From contig NW_002060967.1 of NCBI RefSeq assembly GCF_000150275.1, positions 186,001 to 250,000 of the forward strand: 64,000 nt of DNA, given 5' to 3'. Made by a program: the position numbers and the translations under genes. Each line of letters starts with the position of its first letter. Within the stretch, counting starts at the first letter, position 1. The stretch comes from Trichoplax adhaerens (taxonomy: Eukaryota > Animalia > Placozoa). Of the stretch, positions 12,326-26,800 are shown in pieces. The notes below the pieces were generated by a model. The model was not told the origin of the DNA. It saw only the letters and a list, made by a program, of their open reading frames with translations, and did not search any database.

Positions 12326-15300
12326 TCTTGGAACAGGGAAATCTTTCCCTTCAGAACTTACATTCCTAAAAAATGAGATAATGCAACACACAGGTAAGGT
12401 ATCCGATCAAATTTAGATTCGAAAATAAAAAGGGGAGATGATCCTAGACATTCCCCACTATGCTATATTGTATCATCGACTGTCTGATTAAAAAAGCCAG
12501 CCAATTTGGGATATACTGTAGGCCTTACAGTATGCAATATTGACTGAAGCTGTTCGTCTATCTTTTTTGCGGCCTACTGCATGTCATCGTGGTAAATTGA
12601 AGTAACTGATGATTTCTTAACAACTTGTGAAAGGCAAATTTAGTCATCCTGTTGTACTGTAGAAGTGTATTTGCCCAACAGTCTTTGTGTAGTCAACTTC
12701 CACTACGGGATCAAAAATGAATTGTTGTCACTTGTGATGATGATGACAATTAATTTACAGCTCCATCGAGACGCATATCAATGTGCATCTAAACTACGAC
12801 TACATTTGATGATCGTGATGGTAAAGGAATAGTATGAACGATCATGTTGTTACTAGAGATCTAGTATAACAGTACGACTCGCCGATTATTTTATTAGTAA
12901 TTGATAATCTGAATATTGAAACTAATCATTTCAACGCGAAATGGCTCAGTATCGCCTTCTCCATTTGTTGATTACTAGTCTTGCTTCAGATCACACGTGT
13001 AAGATGCATGCCTATGATGACAAGCTTGAACGCAACGCTGTACTCACTGCTATCATTTTGGAATTATTTAAAACTATTCTTGATGATGGATTGATAAAGC
13101 ATCAGATAGCCTAAATTGCATGATCATCAAGATAGATCAGCAGTAGATACGCACTCCCCATTGAATTGTACGGCGTCAATTAGTCAAGAAAGCAGTGTCT
13201 AAATACAGTGGTTGGACTCCTCGCTTTTAGTAACTTGTTTTAAAGTCGTTATTTGCAATACTGTATTGTAATTCATGCTCGTTTTTCTTTGTTCAATTCT
13301 CACTCAATATTGGATAGTCCACTCCTACCATCATTTTACAGTGGAAGTTGTAGGACTATTCCGTGAGGTTAGTAATAACCTTGACTATATGGATCCTTTG
13401 CATCGAATCAATAAAATATGATTCATAAGTTGGGAGAAATGGATTTCATTTGAATATCCGGTTTCACAGCCCGCCATGACGCCAAGGCTTGTCATTGCTG
13501 ACTGGTCTCGTAGTCTTTTCCAAGCATTACATTCTCTAACTTTGTCGCTAAATGCAAGTACGTCCATTATTTCTTCGATAGTGTCATCTACTGTTGTATA
13601 ATATTCAAATGCACTGGTAGTTTTCTGAGATATGGATGTACTACTGATAGAGAATGGCTTTATAACATGGACCTATGTTGAATTGCAGTCGTTTAGGATT
13701 CAATCATCATAATTCAGTCATTACCATAATAAAGTGCCGTTATTCATGGGTACATCAGGCATGGGAATCATGATGAAGTGATGACTCATCCTTTCGACAT
13801 AACTATCGTCCATCTTTAGTAGACCCTGCTTCAGTGAATATCAACAAACATGCTCTAAATTCCAGTATATGCGTATATATTACGTGCACATATTATCCCC
13901 CCAAAATAGTAAATTACGCTTTCTCATCAATGAACTAGGACGTAGCATTATAGCTGACTATATAACTTGGTATAATAGACTGAAACAATTGAAGAGAGAG
14001 GTTTCCCAATCCTAAAATTCGCTCAATAAAGATCACCTTTGCTCTTCCTTAAATTAATATTTCTGTCTTGAAGGCTTATGTCAAGTTAGAAGAACCGAAA
14101 TGCTACGTCGAAACCCGCAAATAATTATATATATATATAATTAATTAAAAAAAAAGCGTTGCGAGAACAATGACGTCCATTATTAATCGACTTTCAATCA
14201 CGCTTTTAATTTTTTAGTACCGCACTTGATTCCAAGAAGAATAAGCATGCTGTATTATTGCTATTGTTGCCCTTGTAACAGTGGATCCACCACCGATTTC
14301 TATGTCAATAGACGAGCAGGGCAGGATCTCTAATAATATTTCATATCCTATCTTAGATGTACTTTTATTTTTGTTTACAACTCAAATTGAAGGAAAAATT
14401 GTTTACTTTAGTCAACATTCTTGGATAGTCATCGTTGATCCTTTATATCAATTCGTATCCTATTGTACAGCTTGTCAACTTTTAGACAAACAACAGCACA
14501 AAGAAACATGGAGGTTATTCAACAACCACAAGGCATACAGTAAATTGTATAGTCTAGTATCAATTATTCAGTTATTGACGGAATCTGCTACGTTCCGTTT
14601 TCTATTTTTATACAATGATGTTCAAGTAGATGCAATCCGAACATTTTTTTCGGTCAAACATGCACACTAGTTGAATACTGTTCCAGTACATTATGGAAGC
14701 AAAGATAGCTTGTAGCAGTTAATTACACGATAATTAGAATTAAACGTATACCGACTATTCGATGGACAATAGTATACTGACCTCGACTGCCTATAGAAAG
14801 GATAACTTTCAGCCACTTCCCTAAATGACGTCAATGATTATTTTATTCTGCTAAACTGAGAAGGATAAACTCCAAGTTATACTTGAATAACGTCTACTGT
14901 AGGGATTAATTAATTAATATAATGTACTTATTGACTCAATCATCACTGCCTACCATCCGTTATCAATGATTGATACTTAGAATGCATTTTGTAGCTCGTC
15001 ACTAGCTATCCATTCTGAGTGGAGTGGAAGGGAAAATAATAATTTGAAATCCCATTTTTGATGAACTGGAGAATGAAGTAAATTATGGAAGAAGAACTTT
15101 CATAATAACTTGATTAATACAATGAGAGAATTACTTATCATGCTATGTAAACTACTTTATTCATCAATGATACTCAAGCTTAAACTAAAAGCTTACGCTG
15201 TACTAAACCCGCAACTTTTAAAATTTCCCTTACTCAACAAACTGTAAAATGGCCAACGTTACTAATCTGATGAAATCAACTATTCGGTTTGGTCGTCACT

Positions 15301-15923
15301 TCACTGGTATACCCCAGAAGATTAATTAAACCAAATTTTACAGATATACAGTAGAAATACTCCTAAAGTTTAATAATAGACTTACACTCTGTTAAAGAAC
15401 GTTTACAATTGACTATACGTCTCTTCACTCAGACGGACAACTTGTAAGTAATCAAAGACTATAAATTAGTAAAATATCTCAAAATCTTCCTTCAGTGATC
15501 TTTACTGAGATCTGACATACGCTATACGTGGTCAATTCCTTTCCTTTTACCCTCCCATGCTTGCTATCTATTCCTGTACTAATAAATTAATATAGGATTT
15601 ATAGAGATAAATCTGGTACCGTCATGCAAATGTAAATTACTTGTAGATTACTAGTCATCAAAGTGTGGATGGACTAAAACTGGATAACAGTATGTGACGA
15701 CCTGCACTTATTCAGATAGTCAAAACAAAAATTATTGGAGTTTTAAATATAGGCCCGTTATTTCAAAATTTTCCCCTTGAAATTGAATTGAATTTTTTAG
15801 AACAGCTTCAATATTATTATCGCTATATCCATAATCTTTAACAAGATCATGAATAGTTACTATGCTAGTATCAATAACTTGTAATATATCACATAATTCG
15901 TATTATCCTATTTTCTCTTCTAG

Positions 15924-18900
15924 TATATCGATTATCAGTATTTTAACGCAAGATGTATTCAAAACGATCCATCACCTGGCCTATATCAAAAATGTCGAGA
16001 AGGTTGTCTTATACCTATACTCAATATTAACTTTTGGAACACGAAATATCAATGCAGAAGTTTATGCTTTGCTAGAGCAAAGGATTTTACTCTAGCGACG
16101 TGCATGCTAGCTTGCAATTCCTTAGATGTAATGCGAGACCATCTAAGTGACTACTTGAGTAAGTACAGTAAATTAATCACCTAAATGTTGCACTTGTATA
16201 CTATGTCTCAAGGCAGATTCTATTTAACACTGGAAAAACCTTTGCTAATGCCGATATTGTCCTTTTTTCCTTCTAGAATTGCGCTTTAAGCCGTACTTAC
16301 TACCTGAGATTGCTACTAAATACAACAGATCCCTAGCATCAATCAACTTTGAACATCTTCCAATTAAGAAACCTGCTCCACATGATAAAGGGCCTACTCT
16401 CCTACCCGCAACAGAATTGAAGGCGAAAGAAGAGATTATGAAACGCATTGTAGATCCTGATTCATCCATTACCATTCCAAAAATGTGCATTAATCAAGCG
16501 CAAATTAATTTAGCCAAGCAAGTGCAAGGTAACCAGTTTTTAAACATAAAAAGGATCTTAAAGTTTGCTATCGCAATTGATACTAACTCTTTGTAAAATG
16601 ATGTAGCTTTTATAACGCCTGCGACCGTTTGCTACTGTTATGATCAAAGTATGTCAACAAGCGATAGAGCCCCAATACCTTCCATTCCATTTACTAAAAC
16701 AGTTACTATTACTGAAAGCAAAAGACTATTACTGCGCTTAGATTGGACAAGGTCGTCCTATGAAGGTTCACTCCATCATTCGAAATTAATTTAATTTTAA
16801 AAGTATAACATATAGTTAGTCTCAACATTGCATTTTTTCTCTTTTATTTAATACTAATTAGCACCAAAGGATTATTTTGGTTACACATTAACGTGGGGAT
16901 TTCAGGGAGGCGATGATAATTGCAAAATTTTAAAACGGACAACCACAGCATTTACAATTGTATTTGATAAAGAAGTGCCGTCATTGTGCCCTCCGATCCA
17001 TGTTACAATTACAACCTACCCAGCAAAACCAAGATCATATATTAGTGAAAATGTCTATTTCAATCGAGATATAATGAAACATCTCCCTAATTGCCATGCT
17101 ATAATAAAGGAAGTACCTACATCTAACAACATGGTTATCAAGACAGCAGGTACCACCCACTATCCTGGATTTACAAATGGTAATTGATTCTATAAATAAT
17201 AATTTTATAACATGCTAAGTTGTAGGTAGTTCTGTTCAATGATTTATTAAACTGCGACGATACATCGTCCGGCGGTGACTGAAATACACAATAAAATTGA
17301 GCTTTCACTACAAACTATCAACACTATTAAAGTAGTTATATTAAAAATGACAGTAACTAGTTTTAAGGCATAATTTTACTACCGTACATTAGGGTAATAC
17401 TCGTTTTGCAAATATTTACGAGCATCATTGATTACCAAGCAAAAACACCGTTGATCTTTTGATAATACTATTTCGATAACATCCACCTAGCAACGATGAA
17501 CAGAAAATTAATAGTATTCAGTTTTTCATAGTTTCATAATTATTACGCTAGAGATAGTGATCTAAAGTATTCAGTGGTAAGTAATAGTATGAACATCATC
17601 AAACCCAATTAACGGCATTACAGTCATTGTACCTTTTTAATGCGATTTCGTTAACATTAATATCTATGCAAATCTAACAATTTCCACTGATGTGTAGATA
17701 GCTGCAATTGAGTTTTAAATTATACGCCATGATACGACCGATTAATGGTATTTTTTAATACGACTGATATGCTTAGCAACACAATCAAATTTCATTTCCA
17801 CCAAGCCCGCTACCATAGCAACAATAGGTAAAAACGAAATATCGTTGATTTTAAAACTTGATCTCTTTATAACAATTAGTTATGTTTCAGCTGAGCAACA
17901 TAATCTACTTGAATGTAATCGCATAAATGTAACAATGATATTTTACTTTCGCAATTCTCTATAATCTTAGCAGCTATGATAGATTCTTGTATCAAATTCA
18001 TAAAATTTTGTTTCTAATAGACTAATCCATACTTTCAAAGTAAATATGATTATTTTGTATAAATTTTTTTTGTAAAATCTATGTATTTTTGTGATTATTT
18101 ACTCTGGGTTGAAATTATTACATTAATTCCTAGTACTTCAATATAAACCTATTGGTACAATCCTACAACCAGTATAATTTGTTGCAAGATTACGTAAAAT
18201 TGTTTAATACTACAGTGTTTTAATGGTATGCTACTTAGTCATAATTACTCAGCATTTGAATTTTTCAATTTATACAATTAAAATTATTCACTACCAACAC
18301 TCTAAGGTGATACAACGGGTCAAATGCAACATATAAATCTTGTACTCCTTTCAGCCATGCTATCCATATTAGCAGTCATGATGATAATTGGTTTTGTATG
18401 GTACAAACGATGGTTGAAAAATAGAACAGTATCTCGTAAGGGCTACTATCGTAAGTTAATTGGCTCATTTGAGCGTAATTATTTTTTTAATATTTTATGA
18501 TTTATTACTTACTGTATGCGTAACTACTAAAATGTAATATTTCATAATAACATTGATAATTTTGAATCAGATAATGACAAGCCACCTTCCAATTCTCATC
18601 TGAATCAATCTTCAAAGTGTTCTACTCCGGGTTAGAAAGCGTTACATTTATATACTTTGAATCTAGAGTACTGTATTTTCTCGTTAAGCTTAAATCGACT
18701 CTGCTAGTTCCGTCTACCATTTGTTGGCATAAGTAATACGATGACTAAATACGAATAAAAGTTATCGCAAACTAATACATTGTTTTCATGACACAGTATT
18801 GTTAACTTATTACCGTATGTGTATGAGCTAATCAGCTATCTTTCATATTTATATTAGGTGATTGCTTAAGTCAACCTAAAGAATTAATAGGGAACCCTTT

Positions 18901-20766
18901 AAGCAACGAACTCGAAATCACTGAAAACCAAATTATTCACCAAGATCTACAATTAGAAAGTACTACTGTAACAAGTATGAACTGGAAATTTAGTACTAAT
19001 TATATGAATGATGAAAAACAATTCTTGACCTCATTCGTTAAATCGTATTAAAATAAAATATTAAATAAAATTTTAAGTAATACTTATTCACCATGTTATT
19101 TCAACATATTTATAGATCTGGATAAATCGTCGTCCATAAATCACTCGTCAAGGGACTTATCGGTGACGTCTAATAATCCTGTATCTAACTCTGAGAGAGC
19201 TAGAAATGTTACAGATGAATCGATCAGTGTAGATAAAGTAAATATTAGGCCTGGTGAGAAATAATTTATTATCCTTAAGATAATTTAAACCATTCAAAAT
19301 TAAGCACCTTTCGTTTAAATGATGAATTAATTATATGACTCTTTTATCTAAAAGGTACTGACGTATCTTATCAAATTACTAATTTGTTAACTGATCATAC
19401 TTTAGCAACAACTATCTCTTCACTCGATTCTTGCAAGCAAAAAGAATTCCATGATCCATTAATAGTAGGAAGTTCGTCCTGGATGAAACAAATTCTAGGT
19501 AATGACTATAGTAATTATTCCATAGAGATCATGTCGGCATATTAAAATCCGTAGTCATGAAGTTGTATCGATACATTGTAATTTATAGAAAAAATTGATA
19601 ATTACAGGACTCCATTGCTGTTATTTTGTTTTCGTTATATAAATTGATCTATATTTACTATTTTAAAATAGATACTGAAGATCAGGATACCTTCAGCGAT
19701 TACAGCCACGATTCACTCTATGATAGACTTAAATCGCATATTGATCTTGATAGTTCATCAGATGTTAACAGTCTGAATGCAGGATTCGAGAAATTAGATG
19801 CTGAAGATCAGGATAGTTTCAGTGATTACAGCCAAGAACCGCTCTTCTATAATAAACTTAAATCGCATATTGATCTTGATGGTTCATCAGATTTTAATAG
19901 TCTGAATACAGGATTAGATGGTATTATCAATTAGCTATTCAAATTCTATTAATCTGCTAAATATTGGATGTATCATCTAGTTTACCGTTAACTGATGCTT
20001 CTAATATCACAATTTTCTTGTAGAAAATTCTGATACTAGTGCTTATGGCACAAGACCTCCTAGTCAGAAACCTGATTATCATCCGTCGATATACATATCG
20101 TATTTTCCCGATAGAGAAGGTCATTCTCAGGAAGCTAAAGCTCTAACCAACCGTCTACGTCACCTTGGGTTTAATGCAATTTCACACGAATACAATACTT
20201 TAGCCATTAACTATCAAGGTCAAGGAAACTGGGTTGCATCTAGCATTAGAAATGCAGATAAGGTATGTACAATTTAGTAATGCCAACGCAATCGTAAAAT
20301 GTAGATTATGTATGTACAATTTATGACTTTATTCCAATTTTAGGTGATAATGATTTTATCCCCTGAATATTGCGAAATTAGTAACTGGTTGTTAACTAAA
20401 GACAAATCCGTTGGGAACTATTACACGAACAAATCTCTAATTGATTTTTTACGTGTTACTCAAGAATTAACGGAAATTAGAAACATTATCTGCAGTAATG
20501 CCCAAAAAAACACTAAAACCTTTTTGGTAAGGCTAAAAACAAGTCAACAATTAAACGCATTGGATGGCTTTAATACATTCCCTCTGCTGGATTGGCCTAA
20601 AGATGAAAACAAACTTGTATGTTTTTTACATAATGTTGAATATTATTTACCCAAACCATTACCGAAAACAACAAAAGTTATAATCGAAGCAGACGGCGAA
20701 GTTATAACGTCTGTTGTTAGTGAAAAACAATCAGATGAAGTTACGGTCATCACTACTACATGTTGA
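15924..20766 (+). CDS. IL-17 receptor-like type I membrane protein with FN3-like ectodomain and C-terminal SEFIR domain; 5' exons (probably 14.1-15.9 kb) unresolved
   Basis: Approximate exons 15924-16002, 16096-16159, 16277-16528, 16607-16765, 16862-17179, 17778-17827, 18355-18450 (TM ...IAMLSILAVMMIIGFVWY-KRW), 18571-18629, 18858-18974, 19116-19253, 19354-19498, 19672-19920, 20024-20262, 20344-20766. SEFIR: PSIYISYFPDREGHSQEAKALTNRLRHLGFNAISHEY...GQGNWVASSIRNADK|VIMILSPEY. Confidence 0.85.
19672..19920 (+). repeat. Coding tandem duplication (2 x ~126 bp) within a cytoplasmic exon
   Basis: DTEDQDTFSDYSHDSLYDRLKSHIDLDSSSDVNSLNAG / DAEDQDSFSDYSQEPLFYNKLKSHIDLDGSSDFNSLNTG. Confidence 0.9.
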
Positions 20767-22829
20767 TATTCTTATAGAATTCAATTAAATCTAATACGGC
20801 TATGCCGTAGTCCAATATTACACAGCATTCTGTGTCTCCTTCTAATGCTTGGATCAAGTTGTATGAATTACTGATTGTAGACTTCCTATTCATCCGTTGC
20901 CATCTACGGTCTGATATTATTGCTATATAAATCAAGTCGCAGACTTGGACATTGAAATTTTACTCAATCTGTGTGTTATTAATGGTAGATTATATAGTTA
21001 GGAAAGATATTGCACTCACTGTTCGTTGGATATTCATATTAATTTACTAGAAAATATAAATTATGTCAAAGTAGTATTAACATAATCACTTACATCTCAT
21101 AAACATATGATAATTGCAAAAGTAAATCAAATTGGACATTAAGATTATTACAATGTTGCTAAGTCTGTTACCCATCATGATTTACATAACTGAAGATTGA
21201 TGTTGCGCTTATACTCTATTGATTTGCATATTTATATTAACTCACAAGCCATATTTACAGGAAAGCATTATTACGCTCAGGGACTATTAATTACTGCCTT
21301 AAAACTATTCCGTTCTATAATGATTACAAAAATACTGTGTCGTATTAATTATTGCCTTGAGATAGTGGCAACACCAGGTATTTTTATTGCAACTACAGTT
21401 ACGTAAAGTAGTGCATCGATTGACTTTAACAAGTTGATTTAAAAATGTTGAAAGGAATCTGTATTCATTCAGATTAAGACATCTACCAGGTAATTCTTAC
21501 CCACCTTTATGATGTTCTCATCAGCCACGATTGCAACAATAATTTTGCTATAAAACTTGATTATGTGTTATAGAATAGGTTTAGGTGATTTTGCACTAGG
21601 ATACGTTAAGTATTCACGATATAGTGTCAATCTTGTCTCTGTTGATTAAACGAATGCAATATCTGCGAATAAAGGTAAATTACATAGAAAGCGTACGCGG
21701 ACACTTTGATTTTATTTAGAATAGATTGAATTCTGAGCAAAGAAAAATTGAAGTTTTATCGTTTTTAGCTGTTAACTTAATTATAATAACGGGCTCAACT
21801 AAGTATTATTTGATCGTACCGAAAAGTATGATCTTTGAGGGCTAACTAATTGGCATTTACCTCATTCACCATATAAAGTACTGTATTCTGCGCTGTCATT
21901 GATCAACATGGAGGCATGCTTTGCATAATGTAAAGAATGAAAGAGTCCATTTTACTGAGTCAGTTATTCATGGTCTAACGATAATGTTACATAAATAATT
22001 CTATCTAAATCTGCTATTGTGATTTAGATTGAAAGAAATGATTAAAAATTCCTTTCTTTCATCAGATTAATCAGAATATGGACTCGTCTGATATCGATAT
22101 GGATAGATTGCCCTTAGCTTTCAATGAGCTACTGCAATTTATCATGACCCTTTAACCAACGTTTTTACAGTACACCTCACGAATTCAAATAAGCACTGTA
22201 TGGCAATACATAATTGCCTTCTGATTGAGCAAACCCTCTTCAGTTACGAACTAGATCAATAACTGATATTAAAATCATTCTACCGTTATTTTAAGGAAAT
22301 AGCTATTACATGAGATCCAAGGAACTTTAAATCCATTGAGATATCATCAGTTTAATTTCAGGACTGTAAAAATTCTCACATCAATCCTCTACTTCAAGCA
22401 ATTCAAATAATCTTAATCTAAATGAAAGGCGAATTGAAAAAATTTCAAATTTGTTATTAACATGCCTTAGTCGATGAATTACTCATTCTACGAGCTTCCT
22501 GATTAAAGTTGTTGAATAATTCGCATATCATGCCCCTGTAGTAAAATATTATTACCCTCAGCATTGATTGTCATTCAATAATCAATCGCCATAATTATTA
22601 CATACAGTGCCCATCGACAACCTCCTACTATGTCTTACGGACACACAACTAATTAAGTACTAATTAGAGAAACGATGACAAGATTGCCTCCTCTTTATGT
22701 CAGTTAGACTCATGTATTCAATAGTTTGACATAAGGGCGCCAGTTTTATTAGCTATCTGTAAGTAACAACCTGATTCATTCCATCTCAATAATCCCTAAA
22801 ATGCCATGTCTAATCTGTAAAATAATAGA

Positions 22830-23610
22830 CGATCACTTTATTATCAACCATCAGAAATAATTATTGACTGCCATGGAAGACTTTCTGATTCATATACCGT
22901 CTGTAGAATGATAGTTGATGGCTACATTTACTTAGTTAGAAAAAGAATCATTGACTATTGCGGATTTCTTTACCAAACTCAATACGTAATCCTCAGAATG
23001 ATCGTTGATGGCTGTATTACCTATCTCCAATAATATCTATCCAATGATTGATTCCAAATTCGCAGCATAACCTGTAGATCAATAACTGATCACTTTTATT
23101 ACCTAGATCGAAAAAATAACGATAGACTATCATAGATAGCTTCTAAACAAAAATATACCATAAGCAGAATAATTGATGGCTTTATTATCTCCATCGAAGA
23201 ATAGCTATGAACTGTTATGGATTGCTTGATAATTCAATCTATGATCTATCGATTAATAACTGATGGCTGTATTACTAAGCTCGAAAAACAACGATTGACC
23301 ATCGCAGATTGCTTCTAAACAGAAATACATCATGTGCAGAATACTTGATGGCTTTATTACCTCTATTGAAGGATAGCCATAATTGTCATGGATTGTTTGG
23401 TAATTCCATCTATGATCTATTGATTAACAACTGATCGGCTTACTACCTAGCTGAAAAAATGATAACCATCGACTATCACGAATTGCTTCCAAACTCAAGA
23501 CATAATCAGCACATTAAAAGTTCATTGCTTTATTATCTGCCTCTAGCAATAACCATTGACTATCATGGAATGCTTCGTAATTCAATATACAACCTGCAAA
23601 ATAACTGATC
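22830..23610. repeat. Degenerate tandem array, ~86-87 bp unit, ~9 copies, alternating A/B units
   Basis: Anchor gatggct/gatcact-ttattacct recurs at about 22831, 22917, 23007, 23089, 23175, 23262, 23347, 23433. Confidence 0.85.
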
Positions 23611-23839
23611 GTTAGGATTAATTGGATCATTCATGATTATATATATACAGTATACAGTCTTTTATTATAGACTTTTTCTTCTTAATTTCAGACTTCAAAA
23701 GTATACCGCTGACATCGAAATTGTTCTTGTCTATATGTCAAATTAAGTGGATCGCCATCAGTTAATAATAAATAAACAGCACAATGAGTTTAATTTTTAT
23801 TGATTTGACTTCGTGGCAGTTTAGAACATCTTAAAAATT

Positions 23840-26800
23840 ATGAATGTTGATAGTTTCTTCCATCGTCATAACGCATGGATGACAACGATAAAAATATTAA
23901 TTATCATGTTAGTTACGATGATAGCCTTGACAATTTATATAGCAAGCCATCATCTTCAACCAACTTATAGAAGATCATTCCATTTACGGACATACTCATA
24001 CAACCAGGTAAACCAGGATTAGTTTAATTCTATTCATGAGTTATGTGAAAATCACAGTGCATGTAAAAGAGTAGCTAATATATCGTACATCTCTAGAAAG
24101 ATCTCAATCTTCACACACAGTCTATTGCAGCATCAATAAATTGAGAAGAAAGATTTCCCTACCCTCGTAAAATTAGGTCCAACATATATCTTGAATCGTG
24201 GAATGTACATCTATCTATAAACATCTTAATTTTAGAAGAACTACTGCCTCTATTTTCAACCCAACGAGTAAAATTAATCAAAAAGCTTACAACCTTATCA
24301 CTGACTATTTTCACTGTATTTCATATTAACAAGAGACGAAAACTTTCATTTAAATTGACTTTTACGCAAGCTACGGTGCTGTTTCCAATTTCTGTATATT
24401 TGGCCTTTAACGTAATAAGATATTTATTCACAGTTGGAGGAAGCTAATCTTTAACTAATGTTGTCCATGAGCATTATATCATTTCCTTGTTCATATTTTC
24501 CTTGTTTGTCTTTGTAACTGTTGAGATTTCAGATACTGTTTTCTATACCAGCAGCCTATCCAAGAAGACAAGTCATGGATTCTTATACCCGTGAATCCTA
24601 ACTTAAAATACGAGTACATGGATTTATTAAAATTGGTTGGATATATCTAATATTGCACATAATTTGTTTATAGTCCCGTCTCTAGCAAATAATATAAAAA
24701 TACTGCTAAGAATTTGAAATGTTGTTTACATGCTGGTAATCTATCCTACAAGACATGTCATGGATTCTTGTGCCTGTGAATCCCACCCAGTAATACATCA
24801 ATTTATCGAATTGGTCGGATGCATCTAATATTGGGTATTAGCTTATGGCTCCGTCTCTAGTAAATAATATGAATACTGCTTAAATTTTAAATACTGTTTA
24901 CATGCCAGTAACCTATCCAATGAGACAAAGATTCTTGTTCTCGCCAATCCTCCCTTGTGATAAATGAATTTATCGAATTGATTAGACATATCTAATATCG
25001 TACATAATTTATTTATGGTTCCGTCTCTAGTAAATAATATGAATACTCCTGTAATTTTAAATACTGTTTACAAGCCAGTAAACAAGATCAGTCATGAACT
25101 TATCAAATTGATTGGTTATAGCTAATATTGCGCATTAATTTACTGTGTGATCTAGTCTCTAGTGAATAATATAAATACTGTTGAGATTTTAAATACGGCT
25201 TACATGCCAGTATCCTATCAAACAAGACAAGTCGTAGATTCTTATGCCTGTGAATCCTAAATTGTAATACATAGGTTTATCAAACTGGTTAGATATATCA
25301 TATATTGCACGTAATTAGTTTATATTCCCGTCTCTAGTAAATAATACAAATAATTTAGCCGCATCTAAAGTTTTGATGAGATTTCTCGTTGCCGTGAGGA
25401 AAGGGTTGGGGTTAGGTAAAAAAATAGTGATCATCTTTAAATGCTGAATGATTCAGTGATGATATATCTGAATTTTATTGCACTCTTTTACTAGTCTATC
25501 TAACTCGAGCAAAAATCTTCTATGTCTAAAAAGAGCACATGATCAGTGCAAATATCACAACCAACAGTACCCTAATTTTACAGCATCATAAATCTACTAA
25601 AAATGATCAGATAGTAATAAAGCAAGCGGTGGAAAGCGTTATATTTCTTTCTCTACTTCCCATAGCAATCTCGGATCACGTTTGACGAATATTACCTCAA
25701 TCAATTTAAAGATAAAATTCACAATATATAGTAATCAAATTATCTTTTCATATTTAATAATAATTTCATCCGATAGCTTAGATACCCATATGTGCATGTT
25801 TCCATACGACATATAAACTGCCTCGATTATATCCAATCCCATTTGTTATTGAAGTCAAATTTCTGCTATTGTGGACGGAAAACAGTTTATTTCTTTCCTG
25901 ATTTTTAGGACTACTTTGATTATTAACTCCATTAGTTTAACGATAAACATTATCTATCCTGATAACTTCATTTGAAAGCTTATGTATGCACGTATAATCT
26001 ATGTCTTCCGTGACTCCTTCGAACAAGCTCGAACGGTTTTGATTAAGTCTATCAATTTCATTATAAAATGAACAGTTCCTGTTCTGATAATTTTATTTAA
26101 AGGATTATGGGCACATGTATATCCTTCTACGCTAAATAGAAACTGCTTCGATCAGATCCAATTACATTTATTACCGTACTAAAAGTTAAACTGTTGATCG
26201 TTATAATTTTAGTGATATCATGCAAGAATTTTTGAGTAGTAAAATTAAAAGTTATGAATACCCAATGTCATTTCAATCAATATCCAGACAAAACTGATAT
26301 ATCAAAGTCCAATCATTAGCTTGCTTCTACATTCAGTCTTCATCTTTAAAAAGGAATAATTCACATCTAAGACTTTAAATTTTAGATACATAAAAGATAC
26401 AAAATTATCTCCATGTTCTACATGGGCACTTGCAATCAACTGAGTATCTAGTCTTTATACCTTGCAATAACAGCAATATTAGTAGCTTTAGGCTTGGCTC
26501 AATTAACTCCACTTAAGTCTTTCAATCACTCATTCAATAGCAATCTGTCTTGCTGTGATAAATATCTTGTTGGGAGTAAAATGACTTGGAACCCCTAAGG
26601 TCATCTTGGCTACCTTATCATTTCTTTAGAAGGTTACAGTTGAATAGTAACCGTACAAAATAATGCCAATACTTCACCTGTATAGGGTGAATACTGTAGA
26701 GATATTAGCCAGAATAACGGAGAATATTGACATCAAAAATAAATTAACAGATCAAGAATGACGGAACTTCCATTACTTCCGCTATTACTTTCACACGAAT

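Noticed and set aside
26452-26575. Signal-peptide exon for the 27.3-30.6 kb receptor (SLYLAITAILVALGLA)
   Set aside because: Preceded by an in-frame stop, no phase-consistent link found, and better explained as part of the LRR relic
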